From assembly GCA_026388185.1 (NCBI GenBank), contig JAPLKG010000008.1:273149-337148 (forward strand): a stretch of 64,000 nucleotides of DNA. Reading direction: 5' to 3'. Each line of letters begins with the position of its first letter. Positions within the stretch are counted from its first letter, which is position 1. This document shows, in pieces, positions 30,364-40,395 of this stretch. Source of the DNA: Candidatus Eiseniibacteriota bacterium (lineage in GTDB: Bacteria > Eisenbacteria > RBG-16-71-46 > JAFGJU01). The notes beneath the pieces are model-generated. The model was not told where the DNA came from. It saw only the letters and a list, made by a program, of their open reading frames with translations, and did not search any database. Both the position numbers and the translations under genes were made by a program.

Positions 30364-31737
30364 ATGGCGATCAATCCGCACATCTTCCGCGAATACGACA
30401 TTCGCGGTCTGGCAGAGGAAGAACTCACCGATGAAGTCGCGTTTGCCGTGGGCAGAGCTTTCGGGACTTTCGTTGGTGGTTCAGGCAGGGTTACGGTCGG
30501 CAGGGACGTGAGGTTGAGCTCCTTCAGGTTGAACTCGAGTTTTTCCAGGGGATTGGTCGCCAGCGGTTGCGACGTGGTGGAGCTCGGCGCCGTGCCCACG
30601 CCGTTGGTCTACTTCTCGCTGTTCAACCTCGGCTCGCGAGCGTCCGCCGTGGTGACCGGCAGTCACAATCCCGTACAATACAACGGATTCAAGCTCGCGC
30701 TGGGAGATCTCTCCCTCTACGGACCCGAGATACAGGACGTCAGAAAAATCATAGAATCTTCTCGCTATTCCTCTGGGAAGGGGAGCTCGAGTTCCAGCGT
30801 GATAGTCTCCGCGTACATCGAGGAGATTTCCCGGAAGATCAACGTCGGAAGAAAGCTCCGTGTCGCCATGGACGCAGGAAATGGAACGGCAGGACCCGTT
30901 GCTCTGGAGCTTTTCGAGAAGCTCGGAGTCGAAGTGGTTCCTCTCTTCTGTGAACCCGACGGGAGATTTCCCAATCATCTTCCCGACCCGACGATTCCGG
31001 AGAACGTGGAGGATCTCAGAAAGCTCGTGCTGGCGCAAGGCCTTGATCTGGGAATCGCCTACGACGGAGATGGCGACAGGATAGGGGCGATTGACAGCGA
31101 GGGTAGAATCATCTGGGGAGACCAGCTCGTCGCGATTTTCGCCGGCGAGATTCTCAAGAAGACCCCCGGGGGAACCATAATCTTCGACGTGAAGTGTTCT
31201 CAGGGACTCGAAGAACACATAAGGGTGCTGGGAGGAAGGCCTCTCATGTGGAAGACGGGACATTCTCTGATAAAGCGAAAGCTCAAAGAAACGAAGGGGC
31301 TCTTGGCCGGGGAGATGTCGGGGCACATGTTTTTTGCGGACGACTACTACGGCTACGACGACGCCATTTTCGCCTCCGCAAGGCTGGTGGCTCTGGTTTC
31401 GAATTCGGAGAAGTCTCTCTCTCGTCTGGTGGATGAGCTTCCGCAGTACGTGTCGACCCCCGAGATGCGGCTTGAATGTCCCGACGAGCTCAAGTTTCAG
31501 TTGGTGGACGCGGTGAGGGAGTTTTTCAAGAAGAGTCATAGTGTCATCGAAATAGACGGTGCGCGGATCCTGTTTGGAGATGGCTGGGGTCTCGTTCGGG
31601 CGTCGAACACACAGCCGGCTCTCGTGGCAAGATTTGAGGCGAAGTCTGAGAAAAGGCTTGAGGAAATCAAGTCCGAGGTGCTTGCCGAGGTGGCGCATCT
31701 CAAGTCGGAAATGGCACGCACGCGCTCGGGCGACTGA
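30364..31737 (+). CDS. Phosphomannomutase/phosphoglucomutase (alpha-D-phosphohexomutase family)
   Basis: Active-site serine loop TGSHNP, metal-binding DGDGDR, sugar-binding GEMSGH. Confidence 0.85.
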   Translation: MAINPHIFREYDIRGLAEEELTDEVAFAVGRAFGTFVGGSGRVTVGRDVRLSSFRLNSSFSRGLVASGCDVVELGAVPTPLVYFSLFNLGSRASAVVTGSHNPVQYNGFKLALGDLSLYGPEIQDVRKIIESSRYSSGKGSSSSSVIVSAYIEEISRKINVGRKLRVAMDAGNGTAGPVALELFEKLGVEVVPLFCEPDGRFPNHLPDPTIPENVEDLRKLVLAQGLDLGIAYDGDGDRIGAIDSEGRIIWGDQLVAIFAGEILKKTPGGTIIFDVKCSQGLEEHIRVLGGRPLMWKTGHSLIKRKLKETKGLLAGEMSGHMFFADDYYGYDDAIFASARLVALVSNSEKSLSRLVDELPQYVSTPEMRLECPDELKFQLVDAVREFFKKSHSVIEIDGARILFGDGWGLVRASNTQPALVARFEAKSEKRLEEIKSEVLAEVAHLKSEMARTRSGD

Positions 31738-31779
31738 ATAGCGGAACTGAGACGGACGCGTGCACGCGGGAAGGAGGAG

Positions 31780-32901
31780 ATGACATTGGAGGGCCAAAGA
31801 AAAAAGGCTCGGCCGCGCAAGGTTGCCGGCGAAAAGAGGGTGGGTACCGGGGCGAAGAAGAGGACCAAGGGAGCTTCGAAGCGAACTCGTATGAGCGCGA
31901 GTGCGAGTGGGGTAGGCAAGCGCAAGGCGGCAGGCAGGGACGCCGCGAGAGGTAGCGCCAAGAAGGGCGTCAGGAAGGCCGGCTCTTTCCGCGGTTCCAA
32001 GAAACCTTCCGCAGAAACCTCGCTATCGGCGCCTTCGGTCGAAAGAGTGAGAGAAGAAGCCAGGGCGCTCGAGGAACGTGGTCCTGGTAAGGTTGAATCC
32101 GAGCTCCAATACACACTGCCGGATTCGTACGGGAGAGATCGCGTCGTGGCAATGTCGAGAGACCCTTACTGGATTCACGCTTACTGGGAAATCACGGAGG
32201 AGACTCTCTCCCGTGCCTTGGAGAGCCTGGGTTCCGCCCAACTGAATGTTCGGAGGGTACTCAGAGTGTACGTCAAGGAGGGGGAAGGTGCAGGCGCAGA
32301 GCGAGTTCTTTTTGACGTTTTTCTGACCCCCGGGGCTCGAAACTGGTACATAAACGTAGGAGGTCCCGGGAGAACGTATCGCGTGGACGTGGGTCTTCTC
32401 ACAGCCAGGGGCAAGTTTGTTTGCCTGGCGAGCTCCAATATCGTGAGGACGCCGAGCGACAGAATGTCCGACGTTCTGGATGAGAAGTGGATGAGCCTCC
32501 CGTCAGAATATGAAGAAATGTATGCGCTGTCGGGTGGTCTTACTCGCGGCGTGAGTTCCCCTGAACTTCACGAAAGATTGGCGCGCGAACTCGAAGTGAA
32601 GCTTGCGTCGCCGCTTTTCAGCCCGGGCATACGTGAAGTCCGCGGGGAAAAGGGTCTGGCCAAGTCGTTCTGGTTCATTGTGGACACAGATTTGGTTGTC
32701 TACGGGGCGACCGTTCCGGGCTCTACACTCAAGATCAACGGTGGAGACTGGCGGCTCAGGGAAGACGGGACGTTCTCCTTCAGATGTCATCTTCCGGATG
32801 GCCCCAAGGAAATAAGCGTTTCGGCCCGCTCGTCCGACGGCGCCGGGAACGAGCAAGTGAAACTCAAGGTGAGCAGAGGCACCCGTCAGACGAGCAGCTG
32901 A
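31780..32901 (+). CDS. Hypothetical protein with strongly basic Lys/Arg-rich N-terminal region; possibly DUF4912-like
   Basis: First ~75 aa KR-rich (RKKARPRKVAGEKRVGTGAKKRTKGASKRTR...); remainder unrecognised; lies between PMM/PGM and GH57 branching enzyme. Domain name from memory, not verified. Confidence 0.4.
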   Translation: MTLEGQRKKARPRKVAGEKRVGTGAKKRTKGASKRTRMSASASGVGKRKAAGRDAARGSAKKGVRKAGSFRGSKKPSAETSLSAPSVERVREEARALEERGPGKVESELQYTLPDSYGRDRVVAMSRDPYWIHAYWEITEETLSRALESLGSAQLNVRRVLRVYVKEGEGAGAERVLFDVFLTPGARNWYINVGGPGRTYRVDVGLLTARGKFVCLASSNIVRTPSDRMSDVLDEKWMSLPSEYEEMYALSGGLTRGVSSPELHERLARELEVKLASPLFSPGIREVRGEKGLAKSFWFIVDTDLVVYGATVPGSTLKINGGDWRLREDGTFSFRCHLPDGPKEISVSARSSDGAGNEQVKLKVSRGTRQTSS

Positions 32902-32999
32902 GGAGTTCCGGTATCGAGCCGCTCGTTCGTCGGAGATTTCTGCTGGATCGAGACGTCGATTGAGGCACGTTGCGCCTTGTTTGACGAGATGGTGGAAAA

Positions 33000-34598
33000 A
33001 TGAGTGCAGATCACAAAGGCTATCTCTGTCTCGTACTTCACGCACACCTTCCGTACGTTAGGCATCCCGAGTACGAGCTTTTCTTGGAAGAGGATTGGCT
33101 CTACGAGAGTATTACGGAAACGTACATTCCTCTTCTGATGGTTCTGGAAAGGCTGACTGCCGAAGGTGTTCCTTACAGAGTGACGATTTCACTTAGTCCG
33201 AGTCTGGTAGGCATGCTGCGGGACCCGCTCCTCCAGGATCGTTATGTTCGACACATCGAGCGATTGATCGACCTTGCCCACAGAGAGGTGGAACGAACCC
33301 AAGGAGATTCGGACTTCAATAGGCTTGCTCGGATGTATCTCGATAGCTTCACGAGCGCCAGGAACTACTTCTTGGATAGATGCCGGAAAGATCTCACTCA
33401 AGGTTTTCGAGACCTCCAGGAACACGGTGGAGTTGAGCTCATACCTTGTGCGGCCACGCACGGATATCTTCCGCTCATGACAATGGTGCCCGAGGCCGTA
33501 CGGGCTCAGATTAGTGTCGCCGCGAGCCACCACGAACGGTGCTTCGGCCGCAGGCCTCGAGGCATGTGGCTGCCGGAGTGCGGGTACGAACCGGGTATCG
33601 ACCGCTTCCTCAAGGAAGCAGGACTGAGATTCTTCTTTACCGACGCCCACGGGATTCTGCACGCTTCTCCGAGACCCAAGCACGGGGTCTTTGCTCCGAT
33701 TTTCTGTCCTTCCGGGACCGCCGCCTTCGGAAGAGACCTCGAATCGTCAAAACAAGTCTGGAGCTCCGTTGAAGGCTATCCGGGAGACTACTGGTACAGA
33801 GAATTCTACCGGGACATCGGCTACGACATGGACTACGAATACATCAGGCCTTACATTTGTGCCGACGGGAAGAGAAAGAACACGGGAATCAAGTATTATC
33901 GCGTGACCGGGCGCACTCCGCGCAAAGAGATATACGATCCTGACGCGGCGCTCGAGAAGGCCGCGATGCACGCGGCAAACTTCATGTTCAACAGGGAAAA
34001 GCAGGTGGAGTACCTCTACGACAAGATGGACGGACGTCGCCCCATCATAGTGGCGCCGTACGACGCCGAGCTTTTCGGACACTGGTGGTACGAGGGACCT
34101 CGGTGGATAGAGTTCCTGATCAGAAAGATGGCCTACGACCAGAAGACTCTGAAACTTGTGACGCCCAGCGAATATCTGGACGAAAACCCTCAGAACCAGA
34201 TTGCCACTCCCTCTCTTTCGAGTTGGGGTTGGAAGGGTTACAGCGAGGTATGGCTTGAGGGCAGTAACGACTGGATCTATCCCCACCTTCACATGGCGGC
34301 GCAGCGGATGGTCGAACTGGCCACGACTTTCAAGGAGCCCACGCCTTTGGAAGGGCGCGCCCTGGCGCAGGCTGCCCGCGAACTACTCTTGGCTCAGAGC
34401 AGTGACTGGGCGTTCATAATGACGTCAGGCACGATGGTTCCCTACGCCGTGAGAAGAACAAAGGAACACGTGGGCAGGTTCACAGAACTGTACGACGGCC
34501 TGAGGTCTCATTGCATCGACGTGAGAAAACTCGAGGAAATGGAATGGAAAGATAACATCTTTCCTGAGATCGACTATCGCGTGTACGCCCCCAGGTAA
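33000..34598 (+). CDS. GH57-family 1,4-alpha-glucan branching enzyme (DUF1957-type)
   Basis: N-terminal LCLVLHAHLPYVRHPE resembles characterised GH57 branching enzymes as I recall them; about 530 aa. Confidence 0.8.
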   Translation: MSADHKGYLCLVLHAHLPYVRHPEYELFLEEDWLYESITETYIPLLMVLERLTAEGVPYRVTISLSPSLVGMLRDPLLQDRYVRHIERLIDLAHREVERTQGDSDFNRLARMYLDSFTSARNYFLDRCRKDLTQGFRDLQEHGGVELIPCAATHGYLPLMTMVPEAVRAQISVAASHHERCFGRRPRGMWLPECGYEPGIDRFLKEAGLRFFFTDAHGILHASPRPKHGVFAPIFCPSGTAAFGRDLESSKQVWSSVEGYPGDYWYREFYRDIGYDMDYEYIRPYICADGKRKNTGIKYYRVTGRTPRKEIYDPDAALEKAAMHAANFMFNREKQVEYLYDKMDGRRPIIVAPYDAELFGHWWYEGPRWIEFLIRKMAYDQKTLKLVTPSEYLDENPQNQIATPSLSSWGWKGYSEVWLEGSNDWIYPHLHMAAQRMVELATTFKEPTPLEGRALAQAARELLLAQSSDWAFIMTSGTMVPYAVRRTKEHVGRFTELYDGLRSHCIDVRKLEEMEWKDNIFPEIDYRVYAPR

Positions 34599-34609
34599 AG
34601 AGCGTCTTC

Positions 34610-34647
34610 CGGCGCGAGAAGTCTCTCACGCGGCGCGAGAAGTCTCT
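34610..34647. repeat. Tandem direct repeat, two copies of a 21-nt unit with a 17-nt identical core CGGCGCGAGAAGTCTCT
   Basis: Copies at 34610..34626 and 34631..34647, just after the branching-enzyme stop and about 110 bp upstream of the next gene. Confidence 0.8.
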
Positions 34648-34756
34648 TTCCAGCGTGCTTGAGCTTTTTGGCCTTGACAACTCCCAGAGTCCTCTTTACT
34701 CTTCTTGGGCAGCGTAGCTGCCGGGGGTCGGCCTGTACAACGAGAGGTTTGCTCAA

Positions 34757-35836
34757 ATGAAAAAACTTTGTCTTCGCTTTGCGCTAGGAGCTATTGCGCT
34801 GGTTCTTGTTCTCGGCATTGGTTGTAGTGAGAAGAGCACGTGGTCGGTTCCTGGCGTTGTTCTCGAGTCGGTTTTTACGACCGAGCCGCCTCGGATTGAC
34901 GGAAAAGCGCTTGACAGAGAGTGGTTCTCGGCTCCCGAGCTCATGGTTGCCGTGGGAGACAACAACGGAAACGGTGGCGGCAGCTTCTACGTCAGGATTA
35001 AGTCCGTGTACACCGCTTATGATACGGTCTACTTCTTGCTTCAGTGGGCCGACGCAGAGGAAAGCGCGTATCCCGATCGCTTGATTTACTGCGGAGAACC
35101 CTGGAGAGAGAGGTCTTGCGCATCCGATCTCGGCCTGGTGCAGTCCAGTAGCTGGACGAGACGCCCGTGGGAGATCGAGAATGAAGACAGGGCCGCCTTC
35201 ATGTTTGAGATTACTCCCGCCAGCGATGCGTCGGGGACGTTTGCCTCTCGGGGGTGCAGCGTGGCGTGTCACGGAAACATGCATCCGACCGCAGGCAAGC
35301 TCGACGTGTGGTACTGGATGGCCGTTAGGACGAACCAGGTGAGTCGTTGCGACGATATGCGCGCTGATTCTGCCGGACTCGCGGGAGACACCGGTGACGG
35401 GACTTGGAGAATCAATTGGAGAGATCCGACCTTCGTGCCAAAGTACTTAGCGCAGGGCGATAACGGAGGTCTGAGCCCCGCCAAGTGCATCTACGATCCC
35501 GGCATCTTTGGCAGGGGATTCAACCAGTGTGACACGATCAATCCTTATTCAGGCCTTGCCTGGGGCGACACGCTGAATCCTGAGGGGTTCGACTACGTGC
35601 CTGCCTACGTCGTGAAATGGCCTACCGGAAGCAGAGGGGACATCGTTGCCAAGGGTTTCTGGGATGATGGCCGCTGGACGGTCGAGATTAAGAGAGCCAT
35701 GCGCCCGGCAGGTCACGAAAGTGAAGACGTTTTCTTCTACCCTGCCAGAACGTACAACTTTGCGGTAGCAATCATGAACGGATCGCGGGAGATTCACAGC
35801 GGCTCAGATCCTCTCGTCTTGAAGTTCAGGCAGTAG
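34757..35836 (+). CDS. Putative lipoprotein with a Cys-rich CSVACH motif (possible non-canonical heme site)
   Basis: Signal peptide and lipobox-like LGIGCS; RGCSVACHGNMHP (CX3CH); Trp-rich; no confident family assignment. Confidence 0.4.
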   Translation: MKKLCLRFALGAIALVLVLGIGCSEKSTWSVPGVVLESVFTTEPPRIDGKALDREWFSAPELMVAVGDNNGNGGGSFYVRIKSVYTAYDTVYFLLQWADAEESAYPDRLIYCGEPWRERSCASDLGLVQSSSWTRRPWEIENEDRAAFMFEITPASDASGTFASRGCSVACHGNMHPTAGKLDVWYWMAVRTNQVSRCDDMRADSAGLAGDTGDGTWRINWRDPTFVPKYLAQGDNGGLSPAKCIYDPGIFGRGFNQCDTINPYSGLAWGDTLNPEGFDYVPAYVVKWPTGSRGDIVAKGFWDDGRWTVEIKRAMRPAGHESEDVFFYPARTYNFAVAIMNGSREIHSGSDPLVLKFRQ

Positions 35837-35859
35837 TTCTTTTCGGATCGAAGGGTTCT

Positions 35860-35894
35860 GAGCCTCGGAGCGTGTAGTTCCGAGGCTCTTTTTT
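35860..35894 (+). terminator. Rho-independent terminator
   Basis: Perfect 10-bp stem GAGCCTCGGA/TCCGAGGCTC, 9-nt loop, then TTTTTT, 24 nt after the lipoprotein stop. Confidence 0.8.
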
Positions 35895-35896
35895 CC

Positions 35897-35925
35897 TTGA
35901 CACTGCCGGTTATCGCCACTAGAAT
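35897..35925 (+). promoter_or_regulatory. Sigma-70-type promoter TTGACA-17 bp-TAGAAT
   Basis: Consensus -35 with 17-nt spacer and near-consensus -10, right after the terminator and about 125 bp upstream of the outer-membrane gene start. Confidence 0.55.
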
Positions 35926-36049
35926 TCACTGACGTTTTTCAGTTCGCAAATGGCCCTGTGTTGCCGTTTTTTTGTTTTCTTACTGAAGGATTCCCTGATT
36001 ACTGGAGACGGGTTCGTCGCGGGGTTGAAACGGGAAAGGAGACTTTGCT

Positions 36050-37588
36050 ATGGGCAGAGAAAGAAGCGCACTGCTTCTTTTGCTGGTAGTCTCACTCGTG
36101 CTGCTTGCTATTCCCACGTCTTCTTCCGCTTACCTGGAAACTATATGGCTTCGCGGTACCGGTGTTGAGCTCATTCAAGGGTCCGGAACAATCCGTCTTG
36201 CCGGCATGGGGAACCTGACAGTAGCGATTGAAGACGAAAACAATCAAGTTGACCTCTACGATTTCACGGGTAACGTCGCCGCCCTCGCTCTGGACAAGAA
36301 CACGAGCAATGTGGATTCCTGGGCCAGCTACGGCAAGTGGGCTGATGAGAAGGACGATTTCCGATGGCAGGACATCGACATTGTGCAGAGTGGGGCACTC
36401 GTCGTACTGAGAGGCAAGGGCGACTATGCGGGGGGAGTGACCATCTCAACTCGCAGACTCGATCTCAATAGAGTTGACGACCGGAATCTGAGGGAACTGC
36501 TGAAAGTAAGCTTTCCGAAGAGTGAGACTGCAAGGCCCGAAACCTCTCTGGTCGATACGGAGATAACGAGTGACCTTGTGGAGGGATACTACACTCACAA
36601 GGTTTTCGGCCGTGCTTTCCTCGGGGTGCACGGATGGGGGATGTTCGATGCTGAAAAAAAACCCGTGCGACTTCATTATGACCTGACCGACGATGTGGAC
36701 GATTTTGGTGGAGGCCTGGGCCTTGTAGTCCTGCCGACCAAGTGGATGCAAATCGGCGGAACCGTGGACTTGAATTCTCAACTTGTTGAAGCCACAAGCG
36801 TGGACGCTTTTCATCAGGATACGTACACTCAGAAACGTGGCATACTTACTGTTTCATCGCACGCCTTGCTAGAATTCATGGGCAAGCTGCGCGGCGTGAT
36901 GAACTACAAACATTCTTCCTTTGATAGCGACGAGACGTTGGACCTGCACTGGTCTGAGCTCTACGTGTTGAATCCGCAGTTGGAAACGGACGTCCGCATG
37001 AAGCTCAAGGTTGCTTCCGAGTCGCACGTGTCCGATTTTTTCGCCACTCGTTGGATCGTCTCGGGGCTTGGATTACCGCTCACGGTGAGCGGCTATTTTG
37101 ATATGTTGAACGAGGAGTTCTGGCTTCACAACGAGCCGAATGTGATCCTTTGGGTGGACGAGTATGACGAGGCCCTGAACGAATGGAATCTCAGGGGTGG
37201 GGCGTCATACAAGATTGGAGAGAAAGGGCAGGCGGGAATGGAGGTACGTCTCAATAGAGGAAAGTTGGAGAACCGACTCCCCATTGAGGAAGGATACCGG
37301 AATTTCCGCACCCTGGATGTCAGAGGTGGCGGTGAGTATCGCCTCCTGAGATGGCTCGCTCTCAGGGCCGGATATTCCCGAGCTAAAGAAGAGAGAAGCA
37401 TAGGAGTGCCCGAATACGATTTCAATTCGAACACGCTCTCTGTGGGTGCTGGGTGCTTCCTGAGAAAAGATAGCCTGAGTCTCGACGCCGCTTTCGTCAA
37501 CAAGGTGACCAGGCCGGAACAGGACATCGGTGACGGGAGAGAGACCAGGGATCAAAGCTTTACACTGTACGGTCGGTTCCTCTTCTAG
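36050..37588 (+). CDS. Putative outer-membrane beta-barrel protein
   Basis: Signal peptide LLLLLVVSLVLLAIPTSSSA; alternating amphipathic pattern; C-terminal ...YGRFLF with terminal Phe. Confidence 0.4.
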   Translation: MGRERSALLLLLVVSLVLLAIPTSSSAYLETIWLRGTGVELIQGSGTIRLAGMGNLTVAIEDENNQVDLYDFTGNVAALALDKNTSNVDSWASYGKWADEKDDFRWQDIDIVQSGALVVLRGKGDYAGGVTISTRRLDLNRVDDRNLRELLKVSFPKSETARPETSLVDTEITSDLVEGYYTHKVFGRAFLGVHGWGMFDAEKKPVRLHYDLTDDVDDFGGGLGLVVLPTKWMQIGGTVDLNSQLVEATSVDAFHQDTYTQKRGILTVSSHALLEFMGKLRGVMNYKHSSFDSDETLDLHWSELYVLNPQLETDVRMKLKVASESHVSDFFATRWIVSGLGLPLTVSGYFDMLNEEFWLHNEPNVILWVDEYDEALNEWNLRGGASYKIGEKGQAGMEVRLNRGKLENRLPIEEGYRNFRTLDVRGGGEYRLLRWLALRAGYSRAKEERSIGVPEYDFNSNTLSVGAGCFLRKDSLSLDAAFVNKVTRPEQDIGDGRETRDQSFTLYGRFLF

Positions 37589-37603
37589 GGGAGATGAGAA
37601 GGA

Positions 37604-39046
37604 ATGAAAGATCTCGCCCTTCTCGCCATGGACGTCGCCAAGGCTGGTGGAGCCAGCTACGGTGACATCCGAATGATCGAGACGAAAGTGGAGAACGTCT
37701 CCACAAAGAACGGCAAAGTCGGCTCTTACGAAGCCATAGAGGACATCGGGTTCGGAGTGCGCGTCATTGCGTCTGGTTCGTGGGGCTTCGCCAGCAGCGA
37801 CGACCTTTCGAGAGAATCTGTCCAGGCGACCGCCAGGCGGGCCATAGAGACTGCCCTTGCCAGCTCAAAGCTCAAGGAACAGGAGACTGTGCTGATTCCC
37901 GAGGGCGCGCACGTGGGCAGGTGGAGTACGCCCTGCAAGATCGATCCTTTCAATGTGCCTCTCGACCAAAAACTGTCATTCTTATTTCAGGTGGACGAGG
38001 GCTTGAGGCGGGTCAAGGGGCTCACGATTGCGGAGTGTTCCCTCGGTTTCTTGCGCGAGAAGCAGATCTACGCCAGCACGGAAGGCTCTTACATAGAGCA
38101 AGAGCTTCTTCATTCCGGTGGCGGGATGGTGGCTTTTGCGGTGGGGCAGGGAGACGTCCAGCGTCGCTCTTTCCCTTCAAGTGAGGGCCATTACGCTTCG
38201 GGTGGATACGAGATTGTGGAGGGACTGAACCTTCTCGAGAACTGTGAACGTGTTGGTCGGGAGGCGGTCGCTCTTCTTTCCGCCGACGAGTGTCCTTCCG
38301 GAAAGAAAGACATCATTCTCGACGGTGCGCAATTGTGCCTCCAGATTCATGAGTCCGTGGGGCACCCCTCTGAACTTGATAGAGTGCTGGGCACGGAGGC
38401 CAATTACGCCGGTACCAGCTATCTCAGTCTTGATAAGCACAAGAAGCTCCAGCTTGGCTCTGAGCACGTGACCATCGTTGCCGATTCCACGCTGCCTGGT
38501 GGGCTTGCCACCGCAGGCTTTGACGACGAGGGCGTTGCGGCGCAGAAGTGGGAGCTTGTTTCGAAGGGTCGTTTTGTGGGCTACCTCACTTCCCGGGAGT
38601 TTGCGGCCGTATGCGGTGACGATAGGAGCAGAGGCTGCATGAGAGCTGACGGTTGGAACAGGATTCCACTCGTCAGAATGACGAACATCGGCCTTGCTCC
38701 CGGTAACTGGGACCTTGAGGATTTGATCGCGGACACCAAAGACGGCATCTTCATGCTCACCAACAAGAGCTGGAGCATCGACCAGATGCGCTACAACTTC
38801 CAGTTCTCCACCGAGATTGCCTGGGAGATCAAAAACGGGAAGCGGGGACGCATGCTGAAGAATCCCAATTACCAGGGGATAAGCACGGAGTTTTGGTCTT
38901 CCTGCGACGCGGTGTGCAAGCAATCGCAATGGATTCCTTGGGGAATCGTCAATTGTGGCAAGGGGCAGCCAGGCCAGATAGCGCGGATGACGCACGGTGC
39001 TGCGCCTGCAAGATTCAGAAACGTGAATGTTGGAGTCACCAAGTAG
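37604..39046 (+). CDS. tldD: Metalloprotease TldD
   Basis: HESVGHPSE metal-binding motif; about 480 aa; followed by pmbA. Confidence 0.9.
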   Translation: MKDLALLAMDVAKAGGASYGDIRMIETKVENVSTKNGKVGSYEAIEDIGFGVRVIASGSWGFASSDDLSRESVQATARRAIETALASSKLKEQETVLIPEGAHVGRWSTPCKIDPFNVPLDQKLSFLFQVDEGLRRVKGLTIAECSLGFLREKQIYASTEGSYIEQELLHSGGGMVAFAVGQGDVQRRSFPSSEGHYASGGYEIVEGLNLLENCERVGREAVALLSADECPSGKKDIILDGAQLCLQIHESVGHPSELDRVLGTEANYAGTSYLSLDKHKKLQLGSEHVTIVADSTLPGGLATAGFDDEGVAAQKWELVSKGRFVGYLTSREFAAVCGDDRSRGCMRADGWNRIPLVRMTNIGLAPGNWDLEDLIADTKDGIFMLTNKSWSIDQMRYNFQFSTEIAWEIKNGKRGRMLKNPNYQGISTEFWSSCDAVCKQSQWIPWGIVNCGKGQPGQIARMTHGAAPARFRNVNVGVTK

Positions 39047-40395
39047 TGGATGGAGCCAAGGCGGAGGCCATACTCAAGAAAGCCCTCGGGTTTTCCCGTG
39101 CGGACGAGTCTGAAGTCTTCATTGGCGGGGGCAGCTATTCTCTCACTCGATTTGCCAACAGCATTATCCACCAGAACGTAAATGAGACGCGTTACCAGCT
39201 ATCGGTGAGGAGCGTGTTCGGCAAGAAGACAGGGCGCGCAGTCACGAACAGGTTCAGTGACGATGACCTCGCCTCCATTGTGAAGAAGTCCGAAGCCGTG
39301 GCACGGGTTCAACCTGACATACCCGAACTTCTTCCCGTACCAGGACCGCAATCGTACCAGCGTGTAGAGGCCTTCGACGCAGAAACGGCGTCCTTCTCGC
39401 CCGACGCGCGGGCAGAGGCCGTGAAGAAAGCGGTGGAGATCTGCAAGAAAAGCGGGTTTCAGGCCGCCGGCTATTTTTCCACGGCCTGCGGTTCCATAGG
39501 TAGCTACGGCGAGATTTCTCCTCTCGCCATCGCCAACTCCAACGGGCTGTTCGCGCATCACTGCGGGACAGAGGCCTCCTTCAGCATTACCGCCATGGCG
39601 GATGATAGTTCCGGCTGGGCACAGGCGACCTCGTGGAAGGTGTCAGACATAGACGCGGTGGAGCTTGCGTCCGTCGCCGTTGAGAAGGCAAAGCGCAGCA
39701 GGAATCCAAGGGCAATCGAGCCGGGCAAGTACACAGTTATTCTTGAACCCGCGGCCGTCGCAGAGCTTCTTGGATACATGGCCTGGGTGGGTTTCGGGGC
39801 ACTCCAGGTGCAAGAACACAGAAGCTTCATGTCGGACAAGATTGGACAGCCTCTTTTCGGACCGAACGTCACGATCTACGACGACGTATACAACGACCTG
39901 TTGAGGGGGCGTCCTTTCGATTACGAGGGCGTGCCCGTGCGGAAGGTCGCCATAGCTGAGAACGGCGTCATAAAGGGGCCCATCTATGACCGGATGACCG
40001 CCGCCAAGGAGAATAGGCAGAGCACGGGACACGGTTTGCCTGTACCCAATACGCTGGGCCCGCAATCTGCTTCCGTAGTTATGGACGCCGCGAAGCCTGT
40101 GACTCTTGCAGAGCTACAGAGCGCAGCAGATAACTGCATACTTGTCACACGGTTCTGGTACGTGAACGTGGTGGACCCCATGAAGGTGATCCTGACCGGT
40201 ATGACCAGGGATGGCACCTTTCTCATTGAGAAGGGAAAGATTGCGAGCGGCATCCGGAATTTTAGATTCAACCAGAACGTGATAGAATTGCTCAACAACA
40301 TCAAGGCCATGTCGGCTCCGATTCGGTCTGGAATGTGTGTGGTGCCGGGCCTCTTGGTGACTGAGTTTAATTTCTCAAGCGGGACGGAGTTCTGA
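39046..40395 (+). CDS. pmbA: Metalloprotease partner PmbA/TldE
   Basis: GTG 39046 overlaps tldD stop (TAGTG); TldD/PmbA-family protein lacking the HExxxH motif. Confidence 0.8.
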   Translation: MDGAKAEAILKKALGFSRADESEVFIGGGSYSLTRFANSIIHQNVNETRYQLSVRSVFGKKTGRAVTNRFSDDDLASIVKKSEAVARVQPDIPELLPVPGPQSYQRVEAFDAETASFSPDARAEAVKKAVEICKKSGFQAAGYFSTACGSIGSYGEISPLAIANSNGLFAHHCGTEASFSITAMADDSSGWAQATSWKVSDIDAVELASVAVEKAKRSRNPRAIEPGKYTVILEPAAVAELLGYMAWVGFGALQVQEHRSFMSDKIGQPLFGPNVTIYDDVYNDLLRGRPFDYEGVPVRKVAIAENGVIKGPIYDRMTAAKENRQSTGHGLPVPNTLGPQSASVVMDAAKPVTLAELQSAADNCILVTRFWYVNVVDPMKVILTGMTRDGTFLIEKGKIASGIRNFRFNQNVIELLNNIKAMSAPIRSGMCVVPGLLVTEFNFSSGTEF

